A program made the position numbers and the translations under genes. The notes below the pieces were generated by a model. The model had not been told where the DNA came from. It saw nothing but the letters and a program-made list of their open reading frames with translations, and did no database searches. From Erysipelotrichaceae bacterium MTC7 (GTDB taxonomy: Bacteria > Bacillota_I > Bacilli_A > Erysipelotrichales > Erysipelotrichaceae), in NCBI GenBank assembly GCA_001695645.1, contig LVZN01000012.1, positions 195,922 through 227,921 of the forward strand: DNA of 32,000 bases, read 5' to 3'. Positions 1-9,368 of this stretch are shown here, piece after piece (within the stretch, counting starts at the first letter, position 1; each line of letters begins with the position of its first letter).

Positions 1-1
1 T

Positions 2-541
2 GATGCAATTGTTGCTGGTAGTGCCTTTGTTAGTGCCTTACAAAGCATTACATCTAGAAATATCAATCCATTACATAGCAGTGTTGTGACAATTGGGACA
101 TTTCATGCAGGAAGTGCAGAAAATATCATTGCAGAAACATGTGCAATGAAGGGAACCATTCGTTCTTTTCAAGATGAAGCGTACGAAAAAATCAAAGAAC
201 GAATTCAAGAAATTGCAGAAGGCGTGTCAAAAACATACAATGTTACAATCGATGCTAAAATTGTTGACTATTACTTTGTTGTTGATAATGATGAAAAATT
301 ATACAAGCTTTTGGAGGATGTCTTACAAGATGATTTACAAGTGGTTGAACCAAAAATGGTCGCAGAAGACTTCTCGTTCTATCAAAAAGAAATACCAGGG
401 CTTTTCTACTATATTGGAACACACACAGATCAATACGATCAAAACCTCCATAGTGCAAAATTTGACTTTGACGAAACCGTATTGCTTCATGTCATCGAAA
501 CAAATGTGCGATTGTTAGAAGGGATGCATGTATATGATTGA
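2..541 (+). CDS. M20-family amidohydrolase (N-acyl-L-amino-acid amidohydrolase / hippurate hydrolase-like), C-terminal part; 5' end lies outside the window
   Basis: The frame is open from base 2 (DAIVAGSAFVSALQSITSRNINPLHSSVVTIGTFHAGSAENIIAE...), a pattern typical of the M20 amidohydrolase lid/dimerisation region. It continues through the listed ORF 86..541 to TGA at 539-541. Confidence 0.8.
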   Translation, partial: DAIVAGSAFVSALQSITSRNINPLHSSVVTIGTFHAGSAENIIAETCAMKGTIRSFQDEAYEKIKERIQEIAEGVSKTYNVTIDAKIVDYYFVVDNDEKLYKLLEDVLQDDLQVVEPKMVAEDFSFYQKEIPGLFYYIGTHTDQYDQNLHSAKFDFDETVLLHVIETNVRLLEGMHVYD

Positions 542-1253
542 TGTACACTGTCATATTCTGTATCGTGTAGATGATGCAAGTCAACGCTCTACAGAATCAC
601 TTGATATGTTAAAAGTAGCTGCTGCTGATGGAATTAGAACCATTGCAGCAACCAGTCATATCAAACCACCGATGTATGAAAACACCAAACAAGACTTACA
701 AGAAGCATTGGATCGTGTTCGTGCCTTAATCCAAGCAAATCATTTAGACATTGAAGTAATTCTTGGAGCAGAAAACTTTCTTAACCATAAAAGTATGCAT
801 TTGCTTGATGAAGATGGATTTGTGAGTTATGGAGATCATGGCAAGTATATGTTGGTGGAGTTTGCTTGGACCAAAAACATCTATGATAAACCAACCAGTT
901 ACTTACAACGTATTATAGATAAAGGCTTCATTCCAGTTGTGGCACACCCAGAACGTTATCAATGGGTTCACGAAGATTACGAATTGGTCCGTTTGTGGCG
1001 TAACATGGGATGTTTGATGCAAGTCAATCGAACAAGTGTCTTGCAACTTGATAAAATGGAAAAAGCAAATATTTTTGCGTTACGTTTGCTTGAAGATGAT
1101 TTAGTGGACTGTATTGCAACAGATTCACATGCACCATATCCACCACGTTCACCAAAACTTAGTGATGTCTACAAATACATCAGCGAACACTATGGCGAAG
1201 CGAAAGCAAAACATTATCTTGTCGATATGCCCGCTAAAATTATTGCGAAATAG
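534..1253 (+). CDS. PHP-domain Mn-dependent protein-tyrosine phosphatase (CpsB/YwqE family)
   Basis: The N-terminus MIDVHCHILYRVDDAS and the later AHPERY and TDSH motifs fit the CpsB/YwqE family. The ATG at 534 overlaps the upstream stop (ATGATTGA); 528 is an alternative start. Confidence 0.8.
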   Translation: MIDVHCHILYRVDDASQRSTESLDMLKVAAADGIRTIAATSHIKPPMYENTKQDLQEALDRVRALIQANHLDIEVILGAENFLNHKSMHLLDEDGFVSYGDHGKYMLVEFAWTKNIYDKPTSYLQRIIDKGFIPVVAHPERYQWVHEDYELVRLWRNMGCLMQVNRTSVLQLDKMEKANIFALRLLEDDLVDCIATDSHAPYPPRSPKLSDVYKYISEHYGEAKAKHYLVDMPAKIIAK

Positions 1254-1256
1254 AAA

Positions 1257-1299
1257 AAAGATGTTGGAACAAGCAATGAACCAACATCTTTTCTTTTGT
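1257..1299. terminator. Bidirectional intrinsic terminator between convergent genes
   Basis: AAAGATGTTGG (1257-1267) pairs perfectly with CCAACATCTTT (1281-1291), followed by a T-rich run. An A-run on the other side serves the minus strand. Confidence 0.7.
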
Positions 1300-1553
1300 T
1301 ATTTCGTATGTGTTTGGTTTTGTAATAAAAGTTCTTGTGTACCGTTTGATACAAGTAACGTTCCAAATCCAAATAGCGCAAAACACACAAGCGCATATGT
1401 ACTAATATCTTTAATGAATGTGTACGTCTTTTCTGGAGATTGATTGCTCTCCATTGCTGGATTGGTAAGTGCCCCAATCGTTAAAAACAACATGACAACA
1501 AACCAAAGAATCGCTACGACTTTTAGTACATTTCCAATTTTTTTTGTCTGCAT
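1299..1553 (-). CDS. Small hypothetical membrane protein (two predicted hydrophobic helices)
   Basis: 84-aa ORF with a GGGAG RBS 8 nt upstream of the ATG (reverse complement of 1562-1566) and a TATAAT-like box further upstream. Two hydrophobic stretches (VVAILWFVVMLFLTIGAL and YALVCFALFGFGTLLV). No family recognised. Confidence 0.55.
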   Translation of the reverse strand: MQTKKIGNVLKVVAILWFVVMLFLTIGALTNPAMESNQSPEKTYTFIKDISTYALVCFALFGFGTLLVSNGTQELLLQNQTHTK

Positions 1554-1595
1554 AATGTAAGCTCCCTTTATGTATAGGTTTATTATATATAAAAT

Positions 1596-1627
1596 TGCAT
1601 TAAAAAAGAAGGAAATTAATCCTTCTT
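1596..1627 (-). terminator. Intrinsic terminator of the prsA-lipoprotein-hit operon
   Basis: On the minus strand AAGAAGG / CCTTCTT forms a 7-bp stem (1606-1612 with 1621-1627), followed by TTTTAATGCAATTTT. The hit stop codon lies in the loop. Confidence 0.6.
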
Positions 1628-2014
1628 AAGTAAGTTTTGTAAGGCTGGTAAATCTTGTTCTGGACTTTCTTTAAATTCAATGACAACATCATCCGTTGCA
1701 TGATAGCGGGGAATGATATGTACATGGAAATGAAATACGCTTTGTCCAGCAACTTCGTTCACATTGCTTAGAATGTTTAAACCAGTACAATCCAGTTTAT
1801 TCATGTAACTCTTTGCAAGATCTTGTGCCACTACCATTACTTTTTGCATCGTTTCTGTATCTACATCAACGAAGTTTTCATAATGTTTTTTTGGAATGAC
1901 AAGCGTATGTCCTTTGGTTACTTGAGATATATCAAGGAAAGCTAGGACATCTTGATCTTCATACACTTTGTACGAGGGGATTTCACCATCGATAATCTTA
2001 CAGAAGATACACAT
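1616..2014 (-). CDS. HIT-family (histidine triad) nucleotide hydrolase
   Basis: Histidine-triad motif HFHVHIIP plus the N-terminal CIFCKII zinc-ribbon-like motif; 132 aa. Confidence 0.9.
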   Translation of the reverse strand: MCIFCKIIDGEIPSYKVYEDQDVLAFLDISQVTKGHTLVIPKKHYENFVDVDTETMQKVMVVAQDLAKSYMNKLDCTGLNILSNVNEVAGQSVFHFHVHIIPRYHATDDVVIEFKESPEQDLPALQNLLKKD

Positions 2015-2016
2015 AA

Positions 2017-2916
2017 TTATTTCTCAAACTTCCAACTAGATGATAGTAGTTCTTGGTAGATTTTAACATCGTGAATTGAGTAATCGTATTTCTTTAAGTA
2101 ATATGCAAATGCACGATCAGCAAGAGGTTTTGGTGCATCCTCTTCTGTTGATTCTGTAATCGTAATTTCAGAGATGTTTGTAATTGCTTCATCTTTGAAT
2201 TTTTCATAGTTTGTTTGTGTTACTTTTACAATGTAGTATGTTTCTGCTGTTGGATCTTGTAAGACTTTATCAACTACACCTTTTTTAGACGCTTCTTCGA
2301 TGTATTTCCAAGCAACATCAGGAAGTCCACTGTTGGTGTTATAGATAGCTTCTGATCCATTGTAAGTTCCTTCATCACCGAATTCTTTTGCGACAGCAGC
2401 AAAGTCTGCGTCTTTTTTCTTAGCAGCAGCTAATGCTTCTTTTGCTTTTGCTTCATCTTTTACTTGGATGATTTGAGCTTTCTTAGGACTGAATTCTTTT
2501 GCAAGGTCTGCTAAATTTGCTTTTACATATAATGAAGTAAGCTTGTTCATACGTGCGTTCAATAAGATAACATCGTTGTAAAAACTTTCTTCGTCTGCAT
2601 AACCGTAACTCTTATATGTATTTTCCCATTGATCGCCATACGTTTCTTTATAGTATGCTAGATCTTCATCTGCTGCTTTTTTGATTTCATCGTCAACTTT
2701 TACAAGTTTATCGACAAGAATTTCGCTCATCGCACGTTGCACTGGAGTAATGTTTCCTTGTGCGACTAAACCTGTGTAAATATCACCCTTGGTAATTTCT
2801 TCATCACCGATGGTAATTAAGACTTTATTGTCATCTTCGACTTGTGTTGTTGCATTGCTACATCCACTAACGAGTAATAGGCTAGCACAAGCAACTGTAA
2901 GTAATTTCTTTTTCAT
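2017..2916 (-). CDS. Lipoprotein, PrsA/SurA-N-like chaperone paralog without a recognisable parvulin domain
   Basis: Signal peptide with lipobox LLVSGC. The rest is lysine/acidic-rich and helical-looking, similar in style to the N- and C-terminal chaperone arms of the upstream PrsA-like gene. No rotamase motif seen. Confidence 0.6.
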   Translation of the reverse strand: MKKKLLTVACASLLLVSGCSNATTQVEDDNKVLITIGDEEITKGDIYTGLVAQGNITPVQRAMSEILVDKLVKVDDEIKKAADEDLAYYKETYGDQWENTYKSYGYADEESFYNDVILLNARMNKLTSLYVKANLADLAKEFSPKKAQIIQVKDEAKAKEALAAAKKKDADFAAVAKEFGDEGTYNGSEAIYNTNSGLPDVAWKYIEEASKKGVVDKVLQDPTAETYYIVKVTQTNYEKFKDEAITNISEITITESTEEDAPKPLADRAFAYYLKKYDYSIHDVKIYQELLSSSWKFEK

Positions 2917-2931
2917 TGTTGTATCCTCCTA

Positions 2932-3948
2932 TTATTCTTTCTCTTCTTCAACGCCCATGTATGTAAGCAGTTGCGATTTTAAATCTTTGTCATTAATTTT
3001 AACTCCAAGTTTTTCTGCTTTTTGCCAAACGACTTGTTTACGTAAGTTTGGGTTCGCTTCTTGAACTGCAGTGACAACTGCATCAGCGTAATCTTTTAAC
3101 ATTTTTTCTTTACTTGTTGTATCAATTTTAATTTTGTGGAATCCGTGTTCTGTACGAACCCATCCAGAAACTTCACCATCTTTAAGTTTCCATGCAGCAT
3201 CCTTAAACTCAGTAACTAGGGAACTGTCCTTCGTTTGGATACCTAGGCTACCATTTTTAGCAGCACTTGTTGTATCTTCAGAATATTCTTTTGCAACTTT
3301 TCCAAACGATTCATCTTTTAACAAGCTATCGATTTTATCCATTTTTGCTTGTTGTTCAGCAGTAACTTCTGCATCCTTTTCAACTGATACTAGGATATGA
3401 CTGATCACGCGTGGTGATTTGTCTTCATAGATTTTGTCGAAAAGCTCTGGATTTTTATTGATGTAATCACTCATCATTTTTGTTGCTTTTTCAATGTCTA
3501 AGAAGTATTCTTCAAAGTCATCCACACCAGAATAACCAAGCTTTTGAAGTTCTGTATCCATGTAGCTTTCGTAATTCTTTCCTTGTGATGATTTAAAGCT
3601 TGCTTCAGCAGCTTCAAAGTTTGTTTCTGCTGTTTCTTTCATTTTGTCTGTTGCCTTTACACTTTGACTAACAACTTCACGTTCTAACATTGAATAAGCA
3701 AGAATGACACCACTTGGTGTTTCACTGTCGCTTCCTGTTAATTCAAATAATTCTTTATAATATTTGTCTGCAGTGTAATTTTTATCGGCTAAAGAGAAAA
3801 TCACATCCTTACCATCAACACTTTTTGCTCCGATGGTATCTTTGTTTGTATCCCAAGCAAAATAGATCGCAAAAGCGACTAAAATGGTTCCCACTAGAAT
3901 AACAAACCAGAATTTTTTAAGGATATCCTTGATTGTTTCAATATTCAT
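2932..3948 (-). CDS. prsA: Membrane-anchored PrsA-like peptidyl-prolyl isomerase (parvulin domain)
   Basis: N-terminal TM helix (FWFVILVGTILVAFAIYFAW). Parvulin-type segment SHILV...AKEYSEDTTSAAKNGSLG...GFHKIKI. Start moved to the ATG at 3948, which has a GGAGG RBS (reverse complement of 3953-3957); the listed ORF start at 3981 lacks one. Confidence 0.75.
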   Translation of the reverse strand: MNIETIKDILKKFWFVILVGTILVAFAIYFAWDTNKDTIGAKSVDGKDVIFSLADKNYTADKYYKELFELTGSDSETPSGVILAYSMLEREVVSQSVKATDKMKETAETNFEAAEASFKSSQGKNYESYMDTELQKLGYSGVDDFEEYFLDIEKATKMMSDYINKNPELFDKIYEDKSPRVISHILVSVEKDAEVTAEQQAKMDKIDSLLKDESFGKVAKEYSEDTTSAAKNGSLGIQTKDSSLVTEFKDAAWKLKDGEVSGWVRTEHGFHKIKIDTTSKEKMLKDYADAVVTAVQEANPNLRKQVVWQKAEKLGVKINDKDLKSQLLTYMGVEEEKE

Positions 3949-4085
3949 AATGCCTCCTACTATGTTTTTGCATTTTTGCATATGCTAGTATATTATAAAG
4001 GAAACACTTACATAATTCTAGTGTTTACCGTAAAAGTTCACGAGAACTTCAATAAAAAAATTTTCGCAAAGTTAAGTCATCTTCA

Positions 4086-4114
4086 TTGATTAAACGGCAC
4101 TTTGTGAGTACAAT
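4086..4114 (+). promoter_or_regulatory. Candidate sigma-A promoter of the suf operon
   Basis: TTGATT (4086-4091), 17-nt spacer, TACAAT (4109-4114), about 25 nt upstream of the sufC ATG. Confidence 0.45.
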
Positions 4115-4139
4115 AATAGGAATGAGAGGTAGATAACAT

Positions 4140-4943
4140 ATGGCAAAGCTTATTATTAAAGATTTACATGTTGGAATAAATGAAAAAGAAATTTTAAAGG
4201 GAGTAAACTTAGAAGTTGATTCTCACGAAATACATGCAATCATGGGACCAAACGGGCAAGGGAAGAGTACACTCTTGTCAGCGATTATGGGAGACCCTAA
4301 ATTTACGATCACCAAAGGAAGTATTTCTTTTGATGGAAAAGATGTCTTAGCGATGAGCGTAGACGAAAGAAGTCGTATGGGTATTTTCTTAGGAATGCAA
4401 TACCCTGCAGAAATTCCGGGAGTAAACAACTCGGATTTTATGCGTGCTGCAATGAATGCACGTTTAGAAAAACCAATCTCGTTATTTAAATTCATTAAGG
4501 AAATGGAAGGGGCAATTGAAGACCTTGGTTTATCAAGTGAAATGGCTCACCGTAACTTAAACGAAGGATTCTCTGGTGGAGAAAAGAAACGTAACGAAAT
4601 TGTACAAATGAAATTGTTGAAACCAAATTTAGCAATGTTGGATGAAATTGACTCTGGATTGGATGTTGATGCTTTGCAAATTGTTGCCAATGCAGTGTAT
4701 GACTTATTTAACTCACAAGAGTTATCATTATTAATTGTCTCACACTACGAACGTTTCTTAGACTTGATCAAGCCAACACACGTTCATGTATTGCTTGATG
4801 GTAAAATCCAAGAGACTGGTGGATATGAACTCATTAAGAAAATTGATAGTGAAGGATACGACTGGGTATACGATAAATACGGTGTTGAAAAACCTGCAAT
4901 TCAAACGCGTATGTCACTAGATGCTTGTGGAGCGAAAAAGTAA
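4140..4943 (+). CDS. sufC: Fe-S cluster assembly ATPase SufC
   Basis: Walker A GPNGQGKST, ABC signature FSGGEKKR and Walker B LAMLDEIDSGLD. First gene of the sufCDSUB order. Confidence 0.95.
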   Translation: MAKLIIKDLHVGINEKEILKGVNLEVDSHEIHAIMGPNGQGKSTLLSAIMGDPKFTITKGSISFDGKDVLAMSVDERSRMGIFLGMQYPAEIPGVNNSDFMRAAMNARLEKPISLFKFIKEMEGAIEDLGLSSEMAHRNLNEGFSGGEKKRNEIVQMKLLKPNLAMLDEIDSGLDVDALQIVANAVYDLFNSQELSLLIVSHYERFLDLIKPTHVHVLLDGKIQETGGYELIKKIDSEGYDWVYDKYGVEKPAIQTRMSLDACGAKK

Positions 4944-5737
4944 TGGAACAACTCGTAGGGAATACCAATCTTACGCTGGTTGATTCACAAGTAGAAATAT
5001 ATGAACTTCATGATACGCAGGAATTAAACATTACAACAACGGAACAAACAAAAAGCGAGTTAGTGATTCGACTTGTGGAAAACACAAATGTGAACTGTAG
5101 GATTGCTTTGGCACCATACAGTGAATTACACATCCTTTTTGATAATGAAACAAAACAAGCAAATATAAATGTTGTTGCTGATGTAAAACGTGGAGCAAGT
5201 ATTCGTCTTGGTATGTATGAACTGAGTGAAAGTACGGTCAAAGAACAAGTGCTTGTGAATTTGCTTGACCAAGAAGCCAAGGCAAAAGTTATTTCAACAA
5301 GTATTTCTAGTACAAGCAAAGACTTTGATATTGAATGTATACATCATGCACCAAACACGAGTTCTGATATGAATAACTTTGAAATTTCAGATGCAGGGGC
5401 AAACTATACATTACGTGCTTGTGGAACGATAAAAAAAGGTGCTGTTGGTAGTAAATCGCACCAAATGAGTCGTATTCTAACAACTAGTGAAAATCAAATC
5501 AGTAAGGCAACACCAGTCTTGTTGATTGATGAAAATGATGTAATGGCAAGCCATGCCAACTCGATGGGGAAAATGGACGACCAACACCTTTACTATTTAA
5601 CAAGTCGAGGAATGGATGAAAAACAAGCAAAAGAATTATTAACACTATCTTACTTGTTACCAATCAGTGAAGTGTTTGATAACGAAGATATTCGCAGTGA
5701 CTATATCAATAAAGTGCGTAGTCGCGTAGGTTTATAA
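4943..5737 (+). CDS. sufD: Fe-S cluster assembly protein SufD (short form, 264 aa)
   Basis: Positioned between sufC and sufS. The C-terminal SufB/D-type region (ASHANSMGKMDDQHLYYLTSRGMDEKQAKELL) parallels the SufB C-terminus in this window. The ATG overlaps the sufC stop (TAATG). Confidence 0.8.
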   Translation: MEQLVGNTNLTLVDSQVEIYELHDTQELNITTTEQTKSELVIRLVENTNVNCRIALAPYSELHILFDNETKQANINVVADVKRGASIRLGMYELSESTVKEQVLVNLLDQEAKAKVISTSISSTSKDFDIECIHHAPNTSSDMNNFEISDAGANYTLRACGTIKKGAVGSKSHQMSRILTTSENQISKATPVLLIDENDVMASHANSMGKMDDQHLYYLTSRGMDEKQAKELLTLSYLLPISEVFDNEDIRSDYINKVRSRVGL

Positions 5738-5739
5738 AC

Positions 5740-6972
5740 ATGGATGTACAAAAAATAAGAGAAGACTTTCCAATGTTGAAAGTAAAAAGTAAAAAAGGTC
5801 ATGACTTGATTTACTTTGACAATGCGGCAACCGCATTTAAACCTTATAGTGTAATTGATGCAGTAACTTCATATTACACAAAGTATTCAGTGAATGCCCA
5901 CCGTGGTGACTATGAACTCGGATTTACCGTGGATACGCTTTATGAAGAAGCACGTGAACGCGTGGCAAAATTTATAAATTGTGAGAAAAAAGAAGTTGTT
6001 TTCACAACCGGAGCTAGTTTTGGCTTAAACCAAGTAGCATATGGATATGCGGGTCATATTTTGCAACCTGGAGATGTTATTTTAACTGATGAAGCTGAAC
6101 ATGCATCTAACTATTTGCCATGGATGAACATCGCAGAACAAAAACAAGCGAAGCTTGAATTTATTCCACTTGATGAACATGGGATGATTACACCTGAAAA
6201 AGTAAGAGAGATGATGTCTGACAAAGTAAAAATTGTGGCGATTGCACATGTCACAAACGTACTTGGTGCAGAAATTGATATAAAAGAAATTACACGTATT
6301 GTTCATGAATATGGTGCAATCATTGTGGTTGATGGTGCGCAAAGTGCACCACATATGAAAGTGGACATGCAAGATCTTGATTGTGATTTCTTTGCTTTTA
6401 GTGGACACAAACTATGTGGACCAACTGGAATTGGCGTACTTTATGGTAAATACGAATTGCTGGAAGTTATGGAACCACTTTTACTTGGTGGTGGAAGTAA
6501 TGCCCGTTACGATATGTGTGGAAACATCTTAATGAAAAACCCACCATACAAATTTGAACCAGGAACTCCACCAATTGAAGCAACGTTAGGTATGAAAGCA
6601 GCCATTGATTATATTGATAACTTGGGAATGGAAAACATTCACAAGTATGAACATGAATTACGTGATTATATGCTTAAAAAAATGCAAAGTGAACTTGATA
6701 ATGTTGAAATCTACAATGCAAATGTGGAAAGTAGTATCATTACGTTCAATGTAAAAGATGTCTTTAGTCAAGATGCAGCAACGTATTTCTCAGACCAAGG
6801 AATTAGTTTACGTAGTGGACAACACTGTGCCAAACTGTTAATGGATGTATTAAAAACACCGAGTACATTGCGTGCAAGTCTATACTTCTACAACACCAAA
6901 GAAGAAGTTGATCACTTTATTGAAGTATGTAAGAGCATAAGTAAAGAATCCATGTTGGATGTATTCTTTTAG
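5740..6972 (+). CDS. sufS: Cysteine desulfurase SufS (class V aminotransferase, group II)
   Basis: PLP-lysine context FFAFSGHKLCGPTGIGVLYG and catalytic-cysteine context LRSGQHCA; 410 aa. Confidence 0.95.
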   Translation: MDVQKIREDFPMLKVKSKKGHDLIYFDNAATAFKPYSVIDAVTSYYTKYSVNAHRGDYELGFTVDTLYEEARERVAKFINCEKKEVVFTTGASFGLNQVAYGYAGHILQPGDVILTDEAEHASNYLPWMNIAEQKQAKLEFIPLDEHGMITPEKVREMMSDKVKIVAIAHVTNVLGAEIDIKEITRIVHEYGAIIVVDGAQSAPHMKVDMQDLDCDFFAFSGHKLCGPTGIGVLYGKYELLEVMEPLLLGGGSNARYDMCGNILMKNPPYKFEPGTPPIEATLGMKAAIDYIDNLGMENIHKYEHELRDYMLKKMQSELDNVEIYNANVESSIITFNVKDVFSQDAATYFSDQGISLRSGQHCAKLLMDVLKTPSTLRASLYFYNTKEEVDHFIEVCKSISKESMLDVFF

Positions 6973-6984
6973 GAGGAAATGTTT

Positions 6985-7434
6985 ATGAGTAGTATGATGA
7001 ACGACCCGATGATTTTACGACAAATTATTATGGATCATGGAGAGCATCCAAGAAATCATGAATTGTCGCAAGATCCTACATATAAAGAAAAACACATGGC
7101 CAGCGATTCTTGTATCGATGATATCCATGTGCAAGCAAAAATTGAAGATGGAAAGATCGATGATGTACGTTTTGATGGGGTAGCATGTACCATCTCTACT
7201 TCATCAACCTCAATCATGAGTGAACTTCTCATTGGTAAAACCATCGAAGAAGCACGTGAAATTATTAAAAACTATCGTGCGATGATTGATGAAAAACCAT
7301 ACGATGAAGATTTACTTGAAGAAGCGGTTGCATTTAAAAACGTTGGAAAACAAGCCAACCGTATTCACTGTGCCACAATTGGCTGGGATGGTATGGAAGC
7401 TTTAATTAATGAAAGCGAGGAACACCATGACTGA
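6985..7434 (+). CDS. sufU: Zinc-dependent sulfur transferase SufU (IscU/NifU-like)
   Basis: Conserved Cys contexts (NDSCID-like [27 protein letters not shown]). AGGAGG at 6971-6976 favours the ATG at 6985 over 6979. Confidence 0.9.
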   Translation: MSSMMNDPMILRQIIMDHGEHPRNHELSQDPTYKEKHMASDSCIDDIHVQAKIEDGKIDDVRFDGVACTISTSSTSIMSELLIGKTIEEAREIIKNYRAMIDEKPYDEDLLEEAVAFKNVGKQANRIHCATIGWDGMEALINESEEHHD

Positions 7435-8833
7435 TAAAGAAAAAGAACTGGGACTAAGTGAAGACTATGAATATGGTTTTCATGATGAAGATACCAGTGT
7501 GTATAAAACAAAAAAAGGGTTATCAAAAGCGATCGTTGAAGAAATTTCAACAATAAAAGGTGAACCTGAATGGATGAAAGAATATCGTCTTAAAGCACTT
7601 GAATACTTTCAAAAGTCACCGATGCAAACATGGGGACCAGATTTAAGTGAAATCGATTTTGATGACTTTACATATTACATCAAACCAAGTGATCGTACAG
7701 AGACATCTTGGGATGATGTTCCAGATACGATTAAGGAAACTTTTGATCGTTTAGGAATTCCAGAGGCAGAAAAAGACTTCTTAGCTGGAGTTACAACACA
7801 GTACGATAGTGAAGCTGTGTATCACAACATGCTACAAGAAGTACAAGATAAAGGGGTCATCTTCCTTGATACAGACACGGCATTAAAAGAACATGAAGAT
7901 TTATTTAAGAAGTTCTTTGGGAAATTAATTCCTTACACGGATAACAAATTTGCAGCGTTAAACAGTGCTGTATGGAGTGGTGGTAGTTTTATTTACGTAC
8001 CAAAAGGTGTGAAGTTAGATAAACCATTACAATCGTATTTCCGTATTAACACAGAACAAGGTGGTCAGTTTGAACGTACATTAATCATTGTCGATGAAGG
8101 TGCGGACATCCATTATGTTGAAGGTTGTACAGCTCCTGTGTATTCTAAAGATAGTTTGCATGCTGCAGTTGTTGAAATCTTTGTGCATAAAGATGCTAAA
8201 TGTCGCTATTCAACAGTGCAAAACTGGAGTAGTAACATTATCAACCTTGTTACCAAACGTGCAAAAGTACTTTACAATGGAAGCATGGAGTGGATTGATG
8301 GAAATATCGGTTCAGGGATTAATATGAAATATCCTGCTTGCGTTCTAGCGGAAGAATATGCGAAAGGAACCACCGTTTCGATTGCCGTTGCAAGTAAAGG
8401 ACAAGTCCAAGATGCAGGTGCCAAGATGATTCATTTAGCACCAAATACATCAAGCACGATAATTTCTAAATCAATCTCAAAAAAAGGTGGAGAAGTCAAT
8501 TACCGTGGTATTGTTCGTCATGGAAAACATGCGAAATATGCCAAAAGTAAAATTGAATGTGATACACTTATATTAGACAAATTAAGTCGATCAGATACAA
8601 TCCCAACAAATATCGTGGAAAACAATCACTCAACGATTGAACACGAGGCAACAGTATCAAAGATTTCTGAAGAACAATTATACTATCTAATGAGTCGTGG
8701 GTTAACCAAAGAAGCTGCAGAAGAAATGATTGTAATGGGATTTTTAGAACCATTTACAAAAGAGTTACCAATGGAATATGCAGTTGAACTTAACCAACTA
8801 TTAAAAATGGATATGGAAGGGTCAATAGGGTAA
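7427..8833 (+). CDS. sufB: Fe-S cluster assembly scaffold SufB
   Basis: Typical SufB sequence ([17 protein letters not shown]..., [43 protein letters not shown]). The ATG at 7427 follows GAGGA and overlaps the sufU stop. Confidence 0.95.
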   Translation: MTDKEKELGLSEDYEYGFHDEDTSVYKTKKGLSKAIVEEISTIKGEPEWMKEYRLKALEYFQKSPMQTWGPDLSEIDFDDFTYYIKPSDRTETSWDDVPDTIKETFDRLGIPEAEKDFLAGVTTQYDSEAVYHNMLQEVQDKGVIFLDTDTALKEHEDLFKKFFGKLIPYTDNKFAALNSAVWSGGSFIYVPKGVKLDKPLQSYFRINTEQGGQFERTLIIVDEGADIHYVEGCTAPVYSKDSLHAAVVEIFVHKDAKCRYSTVQNWSSNIINLVTKRAKVLYNGSMEWIDGNIGSGINMKYPACVLAEEYAKGTTVSIAVASKGQVQDAGAKMIHLAPNTSSTIISKSISKKGGEVNYRGIVRHGKHAKYAKSKIECDTLILDKLSRSDTIPTNIVENNHSTIEHEATVSKISEEQLYYLMSRGLTKEAAEEMIVMGFLEPFTKELPMEYAVELNQLLKMDMEGSIG

Positions 8834-8837
8834 TACT

Positions 8838-9368
8838 ATGAAAAAGAATCTGAGAGAAGAAACTAGAAAAAAACGTGAAGAACTTAACGAACTGCAACTT
8901 GCCAATTATTCATTGGATGTTGTTGATAAGTTGATACCTTTGCTACGAAAATATGAAAAAATCGCAATTTATCTACCGATGAATAGCGAAGTTGATGTAA
9001 CAAGTTTACTAGGTCTTGAACGTTCTTTCTTTGCGCCAGTTGTAAGTGGAAAAAGAGAAATGGACTTTTACTTAATTGAAGGTCTTGATCAATTTACCAT
9101 TGGAGCATTTGGACAAAAAGAACCAATCTCGGATTTTAAAATAGCACCTGAAGATCTTGAAGTGATTATTGTGCCATTGGTCGGCTTTGATGCGAACTTG
9201 AACCGCTTGGGTCAAGGTGGTGGATATTATGATGTCTACCTTAAGAAAACAAATGCATTAAAAATCGGTGTTGGTTTTGAAGCACAAAAGGTTGCAGATA
9301 TTCCAACGGAAGCTTTCGATGTTCCTTTGGATTACATTGTTAGTGAAGCCAAGGTTTACCATAGATAA
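8838..9368 (+). CDS. 5-formyltetrahydrofolate cyclo-ligase
   Basis: 176 aa with the family motif GQGGGYYD and the VPLVGFD segment. Confidence 0.85.
   Translation: MKKNLREETRKKREELNELQLANYSLDVVDKLIPLLRKYEKIAIYLPMNSEVDVTSLLGLERSFFAPVVSGKREMDFYLIEGLDQFTIGAFGQKEPISDFKIAPEDLEVIIVPLVGFDANLNRLGQGGGYYDVYLKKTNALKIGVGFEAQKVADIPTEAFDVPLDYIVSEAKVYHR

Noticed and set aside
174-518. Alternative-frame and antisense ORFs (174..518 +, 255..458 -) inside the M20 amidohydrolase gene
   Set aside because: They are fully nested in a frame with clear family-level similarity. Their products are low-complexity K/S/T-rich with no RBS.
1114-1477. ORFs 1114..1443 (+) and 1214..1477 (-) spanning the phosphatase 3' end, the terminator and the small membrane gene
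   Set aside because: They run through a strong bidirectional terminator and overlap better-supported genes. No RBS and odd composition.
3949-3981. The upstream ATG at 3981 as the start of the PrsA-like gene (extension MQKCKNIVGGI)
   Set aside because: No RBS precedes it, whereas the internal ATG at 3948 is preceded by GGAGG at proper spacing. The extension would also put charged residues before the TM anchor.
4002-4026. 7-bp hairpin AAACACT...AGTGTTT upstream of the PrsA-like gene
   Set aside because: It is short with an 11-nt loop and no U-tract on either strand. It could be an operator, but there is nothing to support that from sequence alone.
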